Source: Rickettsiaceae bacterium (lineage in GTDB: Bacteria > Pseudomonadota > Alphaproteobacteria > Rickettsiales > Rickettsiaceae). Taken from it: a DNA stretch of 64,000 bases. Shown piece after piece: positions 33,329-43,898 of the stretch. A model generated the notes under the pieces. It saw only the letters and a list, made by a program, of their open reading frames with translations, ran no database searches and was not told the origin of the DNA. The position numbers and the translations under genes are program-made. Position 1 is the first letter of the stretch. Every line of letters starts with the position of its first letter. Where the stretch lies: positions 14,430 through 78,429 of the forward strand of contig JBGCFO010000003.1 in NCBI GenBank assembly GCA_045106955.1, in the 5' to 3' direction.

Positions 33329-34915
33329 ATGGATATATTATTACTTCAAATCAAACCACAAATTGGTAATCTGAAAAATAATTTTCAAATAATTCAACAT
33401 TATTACATCAGATCTCTCGAATTAGGATTGGATCTTTGTGTTTTACCAGAATTATTTACTACAGGTTATATTCCAGGCGATTTATTATTACGATCATCTT
33501 TTATCAAAGATTTAGAATACCAAATACAGCAATTATTACCTATTACGTCAAGCACTACCCTACTCCTTCCTTCTCCGATGATTATTCGCAAAAAATTATA
33601 CAATGGCGTATATGCATTGCAAAATGGAAAGATTATCGCTAAAACAACAAAGTTCCATTTGCCAAATTATGGCATCTTTGATGAACGAAGATATTTTGAA
33701 CAAGGTCAAGCTTCTATTATTAAAATCAATCGCAATATAATTGGTGTATTAATTTGCGAAGATATGTGGTTTGATGATGTAGTAAATAAATTAAAAAATG
33801 ATGGAGCTCAATTACTCATTGTTATTAATGCATCACCTTATTGGAAAGGCAAACCTCAGCAAAGATTAGAGATAATTAAGGATAGATTTGATCAAACCAA
33901 ATTACCAATTATTTATTGCAATCAAGTCCTTGGTCATGATGGAATTATATACGACGGAGGAAGCATGGTTTACGATGGAGTTACAAATCATACATTTAAT
34001 CATTGCCAAGAAGACATAGTAAAAATCTCAGTAAATACTACAACAGCTATTATTGATAAGGTTGATAAAATACAATCTTTTCATCCATATATTACATTTC
34101 GTCCAACTTGTATAGAAGAAGAATTATATCAAGCAATTATCCTGGGTCTAAAAGACTATATGCAAGATAATGAATTTACAACAATATTACTTGGATTATC
34201 AGGAGGAATAGATTCGGCCTTATCTTGTCATATTGCAGCAGATGCTGTTGGAGCTAAAAATGTGTATGCTGTTATGATGCCATTTTATGGAATCACTAGC
34301 AATGAGTCTATAGAGGACGCAACTAATTTAGCGCATTCTTTGAATGTTAATTACAAAATTATTTCAATCAATGAAGCTGTTGATAGCATATTAAATCAGG
34401 TTAATATCACCTTTAACATTACTCATCAAAATTTACAGTCTAGAGCTCGGGGTTTAACGTTAATGACTATTGCAAACGATGATAATCATTTATTGCTTAC
34501 AACTGGCAATAAAAGCGAATTGGCCGTAGGATATACTACAATTTATGGAGATATGTGCGGAGGGTTTAATCTGATCAAAGATTTGTATAAAACAGATGTC
34601 ATGAATCTCGCTAAGTTTCTAAAAATACCACAAAACATTATCTCTAAAGAGCCATCGCCCGAATTATCAACTAATCAAAAAGATTCTGATAATTTGCCTA
34701 AATATGAAATTCTTGACAAGATATTATATATGTATATCGAACAAAATCTAGGATTCAATGATATAATAAGGCGAGGTTTTAAAAAATCAGAAGTGGAGTT
34801 AGTATTAAAATTAGTAAAAAGCGCTGAATTTAAACGTAAGCAGTCAGCTTTAGGGATAAAATTATCTAGTCGAGATTTGGATAAAGATTGGCGATATCCG
34901 ATTACATGCAATTAA
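33329..34915 (+). CDS. nadE: glutamine-dependent NAD+ synthetase (CN-hydrolase + NadE domains)
   Basis: 528 aa. The N-terminal nitrilase-type domain has LCVLPELF and VLICEDMWF. The C-terminal domain has the PP-loop GLSGGIDSA and TTGNKSELAVGYTTIYGDMCGG. Confidence 0.9.
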   Translation: MDILLLQIKPQIGNLKNNFQIIQHYYIRSLELGLDLCVLPELFTTGYIPGDLLLRSSFIKDLEYQIQQLLPITSSTTLLLPSPMIIRKKLYNGVYALQNGKIIAKTTKFHLPNYGIFDERRYFEQGQASIIKINRNIIGVLICEDMWFDDVVNKLKNDGAQLLIVINASPYWKGKPQQRLEIIKDRFDQTKLPIIYCNQVLGHDGIIYDGGSMVYDGVTNHTFNHCQEDIVKISVNTTTAIIDKVDKIQSFHPYITFRPTCIEEELYQAIILGLKDYMQDNEFTTILLGLSGGIDSALSCHIAADAVGAKNVYAVMMPFYGITSNESIEDATNLAHSLNVNYKIISINEAVDSILNQVNITFNITHQNLQSRARGLTLMTIANDDNHLLLTTGNKSELAVGYTTIYGDMCGGFNLIKDLYKTDVMNLAKFLKIPQNIISKEPSPELSTNQKDSDNLPKYEILDKILYMYIEQNLGFNDIIRRGFKKSEVELVLKLVKSAEFKRKQSALGIKLSSRDLDKDWRYPITCN

Positions 34916-34924
34916 TATTACATT

Positions 34925-35941
34925 ATGTTGTTACTATATACAAAAATACCGAATCGGTGGTTATTTATGTGCTGCTTAATGGTCATTATGATGATTGCAA
35001 TAGGAGGCATTACTCGCTTATCTGGCTCTGGATTATCAATGGTTGATTGGAAACCAGTTACGGGTATTATCCCTCCTATCACTGAAGCTGCTTGGGCCCA
35101 AGAATATGCAAAATATCAAACTTTTCCAGAATATAGTCAATATCATTACAATCTATCTGAATTTAAGAAGATTTTTTATGTTGAATTTATTCATAGAATA
35201 TTAGCTAGATTAACTATCTTAGTATATGTCTTACCATTGTTATTTTTTATATCCATTGGCATCATTAAATTTAGATCGATTTTTTCGTATATATTTATAT
35301 TAATTCTATTTGCCTGCCAAGGGTTAATGGGATGGTATATGGTTAAGAGTGGGCTTGTAAATATTCCATCCGTTAGTCATTTTCGACTTAGCACTCATCT
35401 TATCATTGCAGTTATTATATATAGTCTTTTATTTTGGCAAATTATGGTCAATAGCTCCCAAGTTCTAATAATGCCTAGATCTTGCAAAATAAGATACACA
35501 AAGCTACTTTGTACAATCATATTAGCGCTAGTATATATTCAAATTTTTATAGGCGGAATGGTAGCAGGTCTCAATGCGGGATTAGTATATGATACATTTC
35601 CGTTGATGGGAGATAGTTGGATACCAAGCGAATTAATCCTGACTCATTTGAACGTGAATGATCTATATAATCCAGTGTTTGTGCATTTTATACATAGATT
35701 ATTTGCATTAAAAATATTAATTTGCGCAATAGCACTATCAGCAATGCTATTAAAATCTGGCAGTGTGCAATTGAGAAATTGTTGTTATTTAATTTTAAGC
35801 GCAATTGTATTACAAGTCATCACTGGAGCTTTTACAGTACTTTATCATGTGAACTTTATTCTTGCAATTTGCCATCAAATTAATGCTATTTTTGTATTGT
35901 CTTCTTTGCTATACTTGCATTACTTATTAAAGCACTCGTAG
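34925..35941 (+). CDS. ctaA: heme A synthase (COX15/CtaA)
   Basis: 338 aa and polytopic, with GGITRLSGSGLSMVDWKP and conserved His-containing helices (FIHR twice). The last 10 nt overlap the 5' end of tRNA-Arg. Confidence 0.9.
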   Translation: MLLLYTKIPNRWLFMCCLMVIMMIAIGGITRLSGSGLSMVDWKPVTGIIPPITEAAWAQEYAKYQTFPEYSQYHYNLSEFKKIFYVEFIHRILARLTILVYVLPLLFFISIGIIKFRSIFSYIFILILFACQGLMGWYMVKSGLVNIPSVSHFRLSTHLIIAVIIYSLLFWQIMVNSSQVLIMPRSCKIRYTKLLCTIILALVYIQIFIGGMVAGLNAGLVYDTFPLMGDSWIPSELILTHLNVNDLYNPVFVHFIHRLFALKILICAIALSAMLLKSGSVQLRNCCYLILSAIVLQVITGAFTVLYHVNFILAICHQINAIFVLSSLLYLHYLLKHS

Positions 35942-36008
35942 CTCAATTGGATAGAGCGTTGCCCTCCGAAGGCAAAGGCTGTTGGTTCGAATCCAATCGC
36001 GTGCGCCA
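35932..36008 (+). tRNA. tRNA-Arg (anticodon CCG)
   Basis: GCACTCGTAGCTCAATTGGATAGAGCGTTGCCCTCCGAAGGCAAAGGCTGTTGGTTCGAATCCAATCGCGTGCGCCA. Anticodon loop is CTCCGAA and T-loop is TTCGAAT. There is one mismatch in the acceptor stem (T5-C68). CCA is encoded. Confidence 0.85.
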
Positions 36009-36057
36009 CATCTTGAATAAAACTTTAAACAAAAAGCAGCGCCCCATTGCTAAAAAA

Positions 36058-37584
36058 TTAGCCTTGATCTCTTTCTACTTGCTTATGATTTTCTTCAAGC
36101 GCACTCTGATATTTAGTATTAAGCGCTCGTACATTTAAAATCCACAGGAGCATTACTATAACAAATATAGCGGCAAATACCGGAGCAGCATCAGTGAAAC
36201 CATAACTTGGGAACAATATGAAGAAAGTTGATTGAAAGATTGCTCCAGACATTTTACCTAATCTTCCGCCAATAACATCCACAGCAGCTTTACCCTTTGT
36301 TTGCAATTCATTATCAAGAGGTATGTATGACATTTCTTTTGTTGAATCAAACAAAGAATACTTGGTAGCTTTACTTAAAATATTTTGCAAAGCGCCAAGA
36401 TTAACAGCCATAACTAATGGAGTAGCAGAAAAAATAGCTACCATATAAGGTGATACGGTATTATCGAATATATCCATAAGGAAGAAAGTTGTTCCAGTGA
36501 TTAATATCATTAATGGAGTAAGTATTGCAGCTGTTCCCCACTTCACTTTACGCAGAATATTTGCGCCAATAATCATGAAAATGATGCTTGTAATCCCTTG
36601 CATAGTTTGAAAGTTAGCCATGTATAATGCTATCTGATCTTTTGATTGGTATAATGCACCAACTTTGGATTTCCAAACTCCTTCAACCAGATTAATAGAA
36701 AATCCATAAAATATAACTAAGCCAGCAATTAATCCAAGATATTTTGATGTAAAGATAATCTTCATACTTTCGGAGAAAGATATTTTAGATTTCTTTTTTG
36801 GTTTAGCATGATCTTGGTCAGATGGGTTATATAATTTAGGATCAGTCAATACATAAAGATTCATCCATCTATATATTGCGCATACTATTAAACCATTGGC
36901 TATGATGATAAAAAATAACTTAGAGAAATCTTGCGATGATCCACTGGAACCACCAACAGAATCCATATCAATATTTACTTTCAATACATTCATAATAGCG
37001 AAACCAGTAATGATTAATCCTACATTGCCTATTACGCCAAACATAGAATAGAATCTTTTTGCTTCTTGAGTAGTTGTAATTTTGTTAGCAAATTGCCAAA
37101 ATAATAAAGTTGTTACAACTACACCCCAAAGCTCAGACATCGTGTAGAAACTAACATACCCCCAATTGCCTGCAATACGAATAAACCATTTAATATTTGG
37201 ATAAGCAAGACTTAGTCTATCTATGGTATCGCGTGATAGATGCAAAGTATCATAAAAATTCTCTATTACTAGCGCAAAAGCTGCAAAATACGAAACAAAT
37301 GTTAATACTATAATATAAAAGACTGCTTGCTGCGTAAATTTATTGCATAATCTTGCGTAAATTATCATAACAGCTATAGCAGCAGGAAAAACAACATATG
37401 TTTTGATGAAACTAATCAATTCTGTGCCTATTGAAATTATATATCCATCTTTCATAGATCTTAGCATTGAATAATTCATTAAGATGCAAAGCATCATCAA
37501 TGCCATAGGTAAAAATTTCTTTATTTCATGAGACTCTATAGGCCATACTACTTTTCGTAGATCTGAGAATGAATAGTTAAACAT
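36058..37584 (-). CDS. tlc: ATP/ADP translocase (nucleotide transporter, NTT/Tlc family)
   Basis: 508 aa and collinear with Rickettsia Tlc1 as I remember it: WPIE.HE.KKFLPMA, LNYS.LRS.KDG, AKRFYSMFG, IFTSKY.G, NLVEGVWKSKV, KYSLFD.TKEM.YIPLD, and GGRLGK.GAI.QSTFFILFP. Confidence 0.95.
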   Translation of the reverse strand: MFNYSFSDLRKVVWPIESHEIKKFLPMALMMLCILMNYSMLRSMKDGYIISIGTELISFIKTYVVFPAAIAVMIIYARLCNKFTQQAVFYIIVLTFVSYFAAFALVIENFYDTLHLSRDTIDRLSLAYPNIKWFIRIAGNWGYVSFYTMSELWGVVVTTLLFWQFANKITTTQEAKRFYSMFGVIGNVGLIITGFAIMNVLKVNIDMDSVGGSSGSSQDFSKLFFIIIANGLIVCAIYRWMNLYVLTDPKLYNPSDQDHAKPKKKSKISFSESMKIIFTSKYLGLIAGLVIFYGFSINLVEGVWKSKVGALYQSKDQIALYMANFQTMQGITSIIFMIIGANILRKVKWGTAAILTPLMILITGTTFFLMDIFDNTVSPYMVAIFSATPLVMAVNLGALQNILSKATKYSLFDSTKEMSYIPLDNELQTKGKAAVDVIGGRLGKMSGAIFQSTFFILFPSYGFTDAAPVFAAIFVIVMLLWILNVRALNTKYQSALEENHKQVERDQG

Positions 37585-37826
37585 TATATATAATTTATTA
37601 TTAATTATTAATTTTGATATTTGTACAATTAATGATTACTGCTCAATAAAACATCTTGGATGTAAATGTATCATAATTATTAATTTTTGTCAATACTGAT
37701 CAGCTGCAACAAGTATTTATATAACTCTGATTATATATTATTAAGACGCATTTACAAATAAATTGTAGATGTATATTATATCACAATATAATTTTGTTAT
37801 TACTCATTGTTTTTAAGAGAATCATT

Positions 37827-38294
37827 ATGAAAAAACATTATACTCAATTTTATTTTCGATTTAAGTGTATCATGATATTTGTGATTATTTTATGTATAAA
37901 ATTACCTATATCAAATGCTGATAATTTAGGTGATACAAGCACAACAGATAATGATAACACGGGTGAAACCCCTCACGTACAACATCAGAACAAATTAGAT
38001 TCTCATACACAACAAATTATGTCTGAATATCAGGCGTATGTAAATAGTATTTCTCCAGAATTACGAAATGAGATTATCCAATATAGGCATGCCATTGATG
38101 TTTTAAACAAAGAAAAAATTATTTTATATAAACGCTTATCCCAGCAGGCTCAATCATATTTAAAAAAAACACAATATTACAAAGATCAACTACCGTTGAC
38201 TTGTAAGGGTTTGCAAAAGATTATTGATGCATTAGGAGATAAGTATTACAAAACTACAAATAATGACGATCACACAGAATCATCTTTGCCTTAA
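37827..38294 (+). CDS. hypothetical secreted/periplasmic protein
   Basis: From ATG 37827 it reads [33 protein letters not shown], a signal-peptide-like start. This is followed by a low-complexity D/N/T stretch and a helical, K/Q-rich part. The ORF track TTG 37794 start is less likely. Confidence 0.5.
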   Translation: MKKHYTQFYFRFKCIMIFVIILCIKLPISNADNLGDTSTTDNDNTGETPHVQHQNKLDSHTQQIMSEYQAYVNSISPELRNEIIQYRHAIDVLNKEKIILYKRLSQQAQSYLKKTQYYKDQLPLTCKGLQKIIDALGDKYYKTTNNDDHTESSLP

Positions 38295-38296
38295 CG

Positions 38297-39361
38297 ATGA
38301 ACAAAAAAGACCAATATATTTTAGGCATAGAGTCTAGTTGCGATGATACAGCCGTAGCAGTTCTCGATAAAGATTGCAATATCTTATCTAATATTGTTTT
38401 ATCGCAACATAATTGTCATAAAATCTTCAAAGGCATAGTTCCTGAATTAGCTGCGCGTGCACACATAGACAACATTAACGCCGTTACTAAGAAAGCCTTA
38501 AATCAAGCAAAGGTTTCAATAGAAGATATAAATATAATTGCTGCTACATCTGGACCAGGATTAATCGGAGGTTTAATTGTTGGCTTGATATTTGCTAAAA
38601 CATTAGCTAGCGTTTTGCAAAAGCCATTTATAGCCGTTAATCATTTAGAAGGTCACGCATTAACTGCAAAACTTACTAATGGCATACAATATCCATACCT
38701 ATTATTGCTAATTTCTGGAGGGCATTGTCAATTTGTTATTATCCAAGAGCTAGGTAAATATAAAGTCATAGGGCAAACATTAGATGATGCATTGGGTGAG
38801 GCATTTGATAAAGTCGCCAAAATGCTAGATTTAGATTTTCCAGGAGGTCCTGAAATTGAAAAATATGCTAAAAATGGCGATGAAAATAAGTATATACTGC
38901 CCAAGCCAATGAAAGATTCTGGAGATTGTAATATGTCTTTCTCAGGCCTCAAAACTGCAATTATGCTTTTAATAAAAGAAAAAGGGTCTTTAAGCTTGCA
39001 AGATAAGTATGATATTGCAGCTAGCTTCCAAAAAACTGTTGCTGAAATTTTAATAATAAAAATCAGATTTGCCATATCTGTATATCAAATAACTAACTCT
39101 AATAGATCGTATAAAAAGAATATAGTAGTATCTGGAGGAGTTGCTTCTAACTCTTACTTAAGAGGAATAATTGCAAAAAATCTAGCTGAAATTGATTATA
39201 ATCTTGTATGTCCACCAAGTAATCTATGCACAGATAACGCAGCCATGATTGCTTACACTGGTTTACAAAGATTTAATGCTGGTATTAGAACAAATCTAGA
39301 CTTTGCTCCAAAAGCAAGATGGAGCTTAGATTCTATATCCGCAAATAATCTTTCATGTTAA
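38297..39361 (+). CDS. tsaD: tRNA N6-adenosine threonylcarbamoyltransferase TsaD (Kae1/Gcp)
   Basis: 354 aa with [30 protein letters not shown] and [10 protein letters not shown]. Confidence 0.95.
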   Translation: MNKKDQYILGIESSCDDTAVAVLDKDCNILSNIVLSQHNCHKIFKGIVPELAARAHIDNINAVTKKALNQAKVSIEDINIIAATSGPGLIGGLIVGLIFAKTLASVLQKPFIAVNHLEGHALTAKLTNGIQYPYLLLLISGGHCQFVIIQELGKYKVIGQTLDDALGEAFDKVAKMLDLDFPGGPEIEKYAKNGDENKYILPKPMKDSGDCNMSFSGLKTAIMLLIKEKGSLSLQDKYDIAASFQKTVAEILIIKIRFAISVYQITNSNRSYKKNIVVSGGVASNSYLRGIIAKNLAEIDYNLVCPPSNLCTDNAAMIAYTGLQRFNAGIRTNLDFAPKARWSLDSISANNLSC

Positions 39362-39914
39362 TTACCTGAAATGGTTTTATGTTAGGTTTTGCATGAGATG
39401 CTATAATTACTACACCTCCAGAATTAGCTTTTGCAGTAATTAAGTTTTGAATTAATTGTGTAGTATTATCATCAAGATTCACAAATATTTCATCTAGTAA
39501 CCATATATCGGCCGGGCAACATATTAATCTAGTTAGAGCAATTTTTTTGCAATTTCCAGCAGATAATGTATAACATTTTTGATATAAAACGTTATTTAAA
39601 TTAAAATACTCTATCGCTATATCTACCGCATTTGGTGTATTATATAAATCAGCCCAAAATTTTATATTTTCATAAACACTTAAATCTGTTTTAATTCCTA
39701 GATTATGACCGATATAATTTAATTTAGAAGAAGATAAGATAATTTTTCCAGAAGTTGGTCTTTGTATACCAGCAATCAGTCTGAGTAATGATGTCTTACC
39801 TGAACCATTTAGACCTTCTAGATATGTTATAGAGGCAGATAAAATAGTTAGGCTTATGTTGCAAAAAACCTTTCTGTCATATATACAATAAGATACATCA
39901 TCAAATGATATCAT
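39333..39914 (-). CDS. ccmA: heme exporter ABC ATP-binding protein CcmA
   Basis: 193 aa with Walker [20 protein letters not shown] signature [11 protein letters not shown] and Walker B WLLDE. The small size is typical of CcmA. Its 3' end overlaps convergent tsaD by 29 nt. Confidence 0.75.
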   Translation of the reverse strand: MISFDDVSYCIYDRKVFCNISLTILSASITYLEGLNGSGKTSLLRLIAGIQRPTSGKIILSSSKLNYIGHNLGIKTDLSVYENIKFWADLYNTPNAVDIAIEYFNLNNVLYQKCYTLSAGNCKKIALTRLICCPADIWLLDEIFVNLDDNTTQLIQNLITAKANSGGVVIIASHAKPNIKPFQVINMKDYLRI

Positions 39915-39945
39915 TGCATTATAAAATTATTAAATAAATACACTT

Positions 39946-42603
39946 ATGTCGATATCGAAAAATATACAACAAAATCAATATATATCACAATTAAATTGTT
40001 CAGCAAAAAATTATACAATATTTGATATAAATAAACTATCGCAAAAGCTTGAATTGGACATACATAAATTACCATATTCATTAAGGATTCTCTTAGAAAA
40101 TCTGCTTAGAAATAACGCTGACGAAAGTAAGTTGTTATCATTTAAAACTTGGCTTATTGATAACAAATCAGATGCAGAAATACCATTTATGCCAACAAGA
40201 GTTTTAATGCAGGATTTTACAGGTATACCAGCTGTAGTAGATTTGGCGTCCATGAGAGATGCAATGCGTAAATTGAATCGCGATCCATTAAAGATCAATC
40301 CAGTTGTGCCAGTGGATTTAGTTATAGATCATTCTGTGCAAGTAGATTTTTCTAGCACAAACCAGGCATTTGCAAAAAATGTTCAACTTGAAATGCATCG
40401 TAATTTTGAGCGATATCAATTCTTAAAATGGGGACAGTTAACATTTGATAATTTTAGAGTGGTACCTCCAGGAACAGGAATTTGTCATCAAGTAAATTTG
40501 GAATATCTTGCAAAGATCATATGGACAAAGAAATTAGAGAATGGTTCGCTTTTAGCTTATCCAGATAGCATTGTAGGTACTGATAGTCATACAACAATGA
40601 TTAATGCGTTATCAATTCTTGGATGGGGAGTTGGAGGAATAGAAGCAGAATCTGCAATGCTTGGATATCCAATATCTATGATATTACCAGAAGTGGTAGG
40701 AGTAAAGCTTACAGGAACACTTAATCCATCTGTAAATGCAACAGATTTAGTGCTAACTATTACAGAAATTTTGAGACGTCAATCTGTTGTTGGTAAATTT
40801 GTAGAATTTTACGGTGATGCATTGCAACACATCTCCCTAGCTGACAGAGCAACTATAGCTAATATGGCTCCAGAATACGGTGCTACATGTGGCTTTTTCC
40901 CAATTGATGAGCAAATAATTAATTATCTCAAACTAACAGGACGTGATTCCGATACAATAGAATTAGTAGAAAAATACTCTAAGTCTCAATCTATTTGGTA
41001 TGACGGATCTAGAGATGCTCATTATAGTAATAATATTACAATTGATCTATCACAAATAGAAACTTGTCTAGCTGGACCAAAGCGCCCTCAGGATAGAGTT
41101 TCGTTAGGTAATGTTGGGATAAGTTTTCAATCAATGTTACCAAACAAATCATTTGATAAATATCAAGTACCAAATAAGGAGTATACTTTATCTCATGGGG
41201 ATGTTGTAATTGCTGCAATTACAAGTTGTACCAATACATCAAATCCCAAAGTTATGATTGCATCAGCATTGCTTGCAAAAAAAGCTTGCAATCTAGGGAT
41301 CAAAACAAAGCCATGGGTAAAGAAGTCATTAGCACCTGGATCTCAAGTAGTTACTCAGTACTTAAGGGAAAGTGGTTTAGATGTATATCTAGATGAGTTA
41401 GGTTTTAACCTTGTTGGTTATGGATGCACTACATGCATAGGCAATTCCGGCCCATTAGACAAAGACATAGAAAAAACAATTATAAGTAATGATTTAGTTG
41501 TCAATTCTGTTTTATCTGGCAATAGAAACTTTGAAGGACGAATCAATCCATTGGTCAAAGCAAATTATCTTGCATCTCCACCATTAGTTGTTGCATATGC
41601 TATTGCTGGAAATATGATCATTGATATATCAAAACAACCTATTGCTCAAGATGAAAAGGGATGTGATGTGTATTTACAAGATTTGTGGCCAACAAATGAT
41701 GAGATAGATTCTATATTATCCATTATCAACAAGAATATGTTTCTCGATAAATATAATAATGTATTTACAGGAGATCATGTTTGGCAAAATCTATCTGTAT
41801 CTAAAAGCGCTACTTATGATTGGAATGCAAATAGCACTTATATTAAAGAGCCTCCATATTTTCATGATATTCAAAAATCGGATGCTAATGCATTAAAAGA
41901 TATCATTTGCGCCAATGTGCTATTAAGTCTTGGAGATTCAGTTACAACTGATCATATTTCACCAGCTGGCAATATTTCTTTAAATAGCACGGCTGGTCAA
42001 TATTTATTAGAACATGGAGTATCGCAATCGGAATTCAATTCTTATGGAGCACGAAGAGGAAATCATGAAGTAATGATCAGGGGAACATTTGCAAATATTC
42101 GCATTCGTAATGAATTATGCCCAGGAACAGAAGGTGGAATTGCTCTTAATGCAATAACAAAAAAACAAGCATCTGTATATGATGTTGCGATGTCTTACAA
42201 GCAAAGATCAATTCCATCTGTAATATTTGCTGGCAAGGAATATGGCACTGGCTCATCCAGAGATTGGGCTGCAAAAGGCACTTTATTGCTTGGTATTAAG
42301 GTAGTAATTGCAGAAAGTTTTGAACGTATTCATAGATCAAATTTAGTAGGGATGGGAGTTCTACCTATGACATTTGCTAATAATATGACAAGAAAGGATT
42401 TAAATTTAACAGGTTACGAAAATTTAAGTATTTATGGAATTGATAATAATGTAACTCCTTATCAAAAGGTAAAAGCGCAACTTAAAAACCAAGATGGTCA
42501 GTTGCTAAAGGAATTTGAATTAAAATTACAGATATTTACTAACAATGAAATGCTTTATTTAAAACACGGCGGTATATTAAATAATGTTATTAAAAATTCT
42601 TAG
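39946..42603 (+). CDS. acnA: aconitate hydratase A
   Basis: 885 aa with Fe-S ligand blocks GTDSHTTM and CTTCIGNSG, plus SGNRNFEGR and GSSRDWAAKG. Confidence 0.95.
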   Translation: MSISKNIQQNQYISQLNCSAKNYTIFDINKLSQKLELDIHKLPYSLRILLENLLRNNADESKLLSFKTWLIDNKSDAEIPFMPTRVLMQDFTGIPAVVDLASMRDAMRKLNRDPLKINPVVPVDLVIDHSVQVDFSSTNQAFAKNVQLEMHRNFERYQFLKWGQLTFDNFRVVPPGTGICHQVNLEYLAKIIWTKKLENGSLLAYPDSIVGTDSHTTMINALSILGWGVGGIEAESAMLGYPISMILPEVVGVKLTGTLNPSVNATDLVLTITEILRRQSVVGKFVEFYGDALQHISLADRATIANMAPEYGATCGFFPIDEQIINYLKLTGRDSDTIELVEKYSKSQSIWYDGSRDAHYSNNITIDLSQIETCLAGPKRPQDRVSLGNVGISFQSMLPNKSFDKYQVPNKEYTLSHGDVVIAAITSCTNTSNPKVMIASALLAKKACNLGIKTKPWVKKSLAPGSQVVTQYLRESGLDVYLDELGFNLVGYGCTTCIGNSGPLDKDIEKTIISNDLVVNSVLSGNRNFEGRINPLVKANYLASPPLVVAYAIAGNMIIDISKQPIAQDEKGCDVYLQDLWPTNDEIDSILSIINKNMFLDKYNNVFTGDHVWQNLSVSKSATYDWNANSTYIKEPPYFHDIQKSDANALKDIICANVLLSLGDSVTTDHISPAGNISLNSTAGQYLLEHGVSQSEFNSYGARRGNHEVMIRGTFANIRIRNELCPGTEGGIALNAITKKQASVYDVAMSYKQRSIPSVIFAGKEYGTGSSRDWAAKGTLLLGIKVVIAESFERIHRSNLVGMGVLPMTFANNMTRKDLNLTGYENLSIYGIDNNVTPYQKVKAQLKNQDGQLLKEFELKLQIFTNNEMLYLKHGGILNNVIKNS

Positions 42604-42624
42604 ATATATAACAACTTTACGTTT

Positions 42625-43893
42625 ATGAGTTTATGGAAGGTTTTTTCAAACTATAAATTGTTTGAAATATTTGTACTTGGGATTATTAGCGGTATGCCTA
42701 TGTCTATTCTGATTGTAGCATTGAGCGCTTGGCTATATGAGTCTAATATTGCTGTATCAGTGATTACAACATTCGCAGTTGCTAAAATACCTTTTGCATT
42801 TAAACCATTATGGGCTCCCGTTGTTGATAATACATCTATACCTTATTTAAGTAGATTTGGCCAAAGAAAGAGCTGGATGATGATATGTCTACTTATAAAT
42901 ATTACTATATTATTTACAATTTCATCTTTAAATCCATCAGAACATTTGGCGCAATTATATTATTGGACAATATTACTAGGCATTTCAGCTGCAACTTTTG
43001 ATATTAATGCAGATGCTTTTAGGATAGAAAGATTTGACAACCATAAGCAATCCTTGGCTGCGGCTAGTATGGTTTTTGGCTATCGAATAGGCATGCTAAT
43101 GGCTGGAGCAGGTTCTCTATATTTTTCTGAATTAACAAGTTGGGGCGGTAATTTTCAAATGCTTAGTTTGATTTTTGCCATGGGGTTAGTTTTTGTGTAT
43201 TTCCTCAATGAGGAAAAAATATTTAGAAGCTTAGATGGGATTTCAATATCTTCATTCAAAATCATTATTTTAGAACCTTTTTTAGAATTTTTTCATAAGA
43301 ATCGATCTATTATTATAATATTAGGAGTGTTTTCGTTTAAGATTGGAGACGTGATGTTAGGATCTGTAGCAAATGTATTTTATCTAAAATTAGGGTTCTC
43401 TAAAAGTGAGATTGCATCTATTACAAAACTATGGGGTCTGTGCGCAACTATCGTTGGGTCTTATATAGGAGGAGTTATTATATATAAAATTGGCAATTTA
43501 AATGGATTAATTGTAACAGGCCTGATTCAGTCTGTAACTAATCTTGGCTTTCTATGGTTAAATTATCACCCTGGTGATTTATACGCTCTTACAATTTCTA
43601 TTACTCTTGAAAATATTGGGAATGGAATGGGAACGGTAGCTTTAGTTGGATACATTAGCTATTTGTGCAATAAGCGTTATTCAGCTACTCAATACGCTTT
43701 ATTTAGCAGTTGTTCTACATTTGCCAACGATACTGTATCTATCTACACTGGTCATTTAGTTGAATTGATTGGGTGGGAAATATTTTTACTTTCTACTGCG
43801 TTTTTTGGATTACCTAGCATCATGTTGTTTGTGTATTTACGATTTTATTTTCTAAATTCTGGAATTAACAAACCAGTAATAATTCAAAAATAA
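42625..43893 (+). CDS. ampG: AmpG-family muropeptide MFS permease (paralog 2)
   Basis: 422 aa and polytopic, with the AmpG signature KIPFAFKPLWAPVVD. It is clearly a paralog of 6305..7585. Confidence 0.8.
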   Translation: MSLWKVFSNYKLFEIFVLGIISGMPMSILIVALSAWLYESNIAVSVITTFAVAKIPFAFKPLWAPVVDNTSIPYLSRFGQRKSWMMICLLINITILFTISSLNPSEHLAQLYYWTILLGISAATFDINADAFRIERFDNHKQSLAAASMVFGYRIGMLMAGAGSLYFSELTSWGGNFQMLSLIFAMGLVFVYFLNEEKIFRSLDGISISSFKIIILEPFLEFFHKNRSIIIILGVFSFKIGDVMLGSVANVFYLKLGFSKSEIASITKLWGLCATIVGSYIGGVIIYKIGNLNGLIVTGLIQSVTNLGFLWLNYHPGDLYALTISITLENIGNGMGTVALVGYISYLCNKRYSATQYALFSSCSTFANDTVSIYTGHLVELIGWEIFLLSTAFFGLPSIMLFVYLRFYFLNSGINKPVIIQK

Positions 43894-43898
43894 GTAAT

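Noticed and set aside
36009-36057. Possible bidirectional terminator between tRNA-Arg and tlc (agcagcgccccattgct flanked by A/T runs)
   Set aside because: The stem is only 3-4 bp with a large loop, too weak to call a terminator without folding energy calculations.
35947-36138. 63-aa plus-strand ORF
   Set aside because: It starts inside tRNA-Arg and runs antisense into the 3' end of tlc, so it is spurious.
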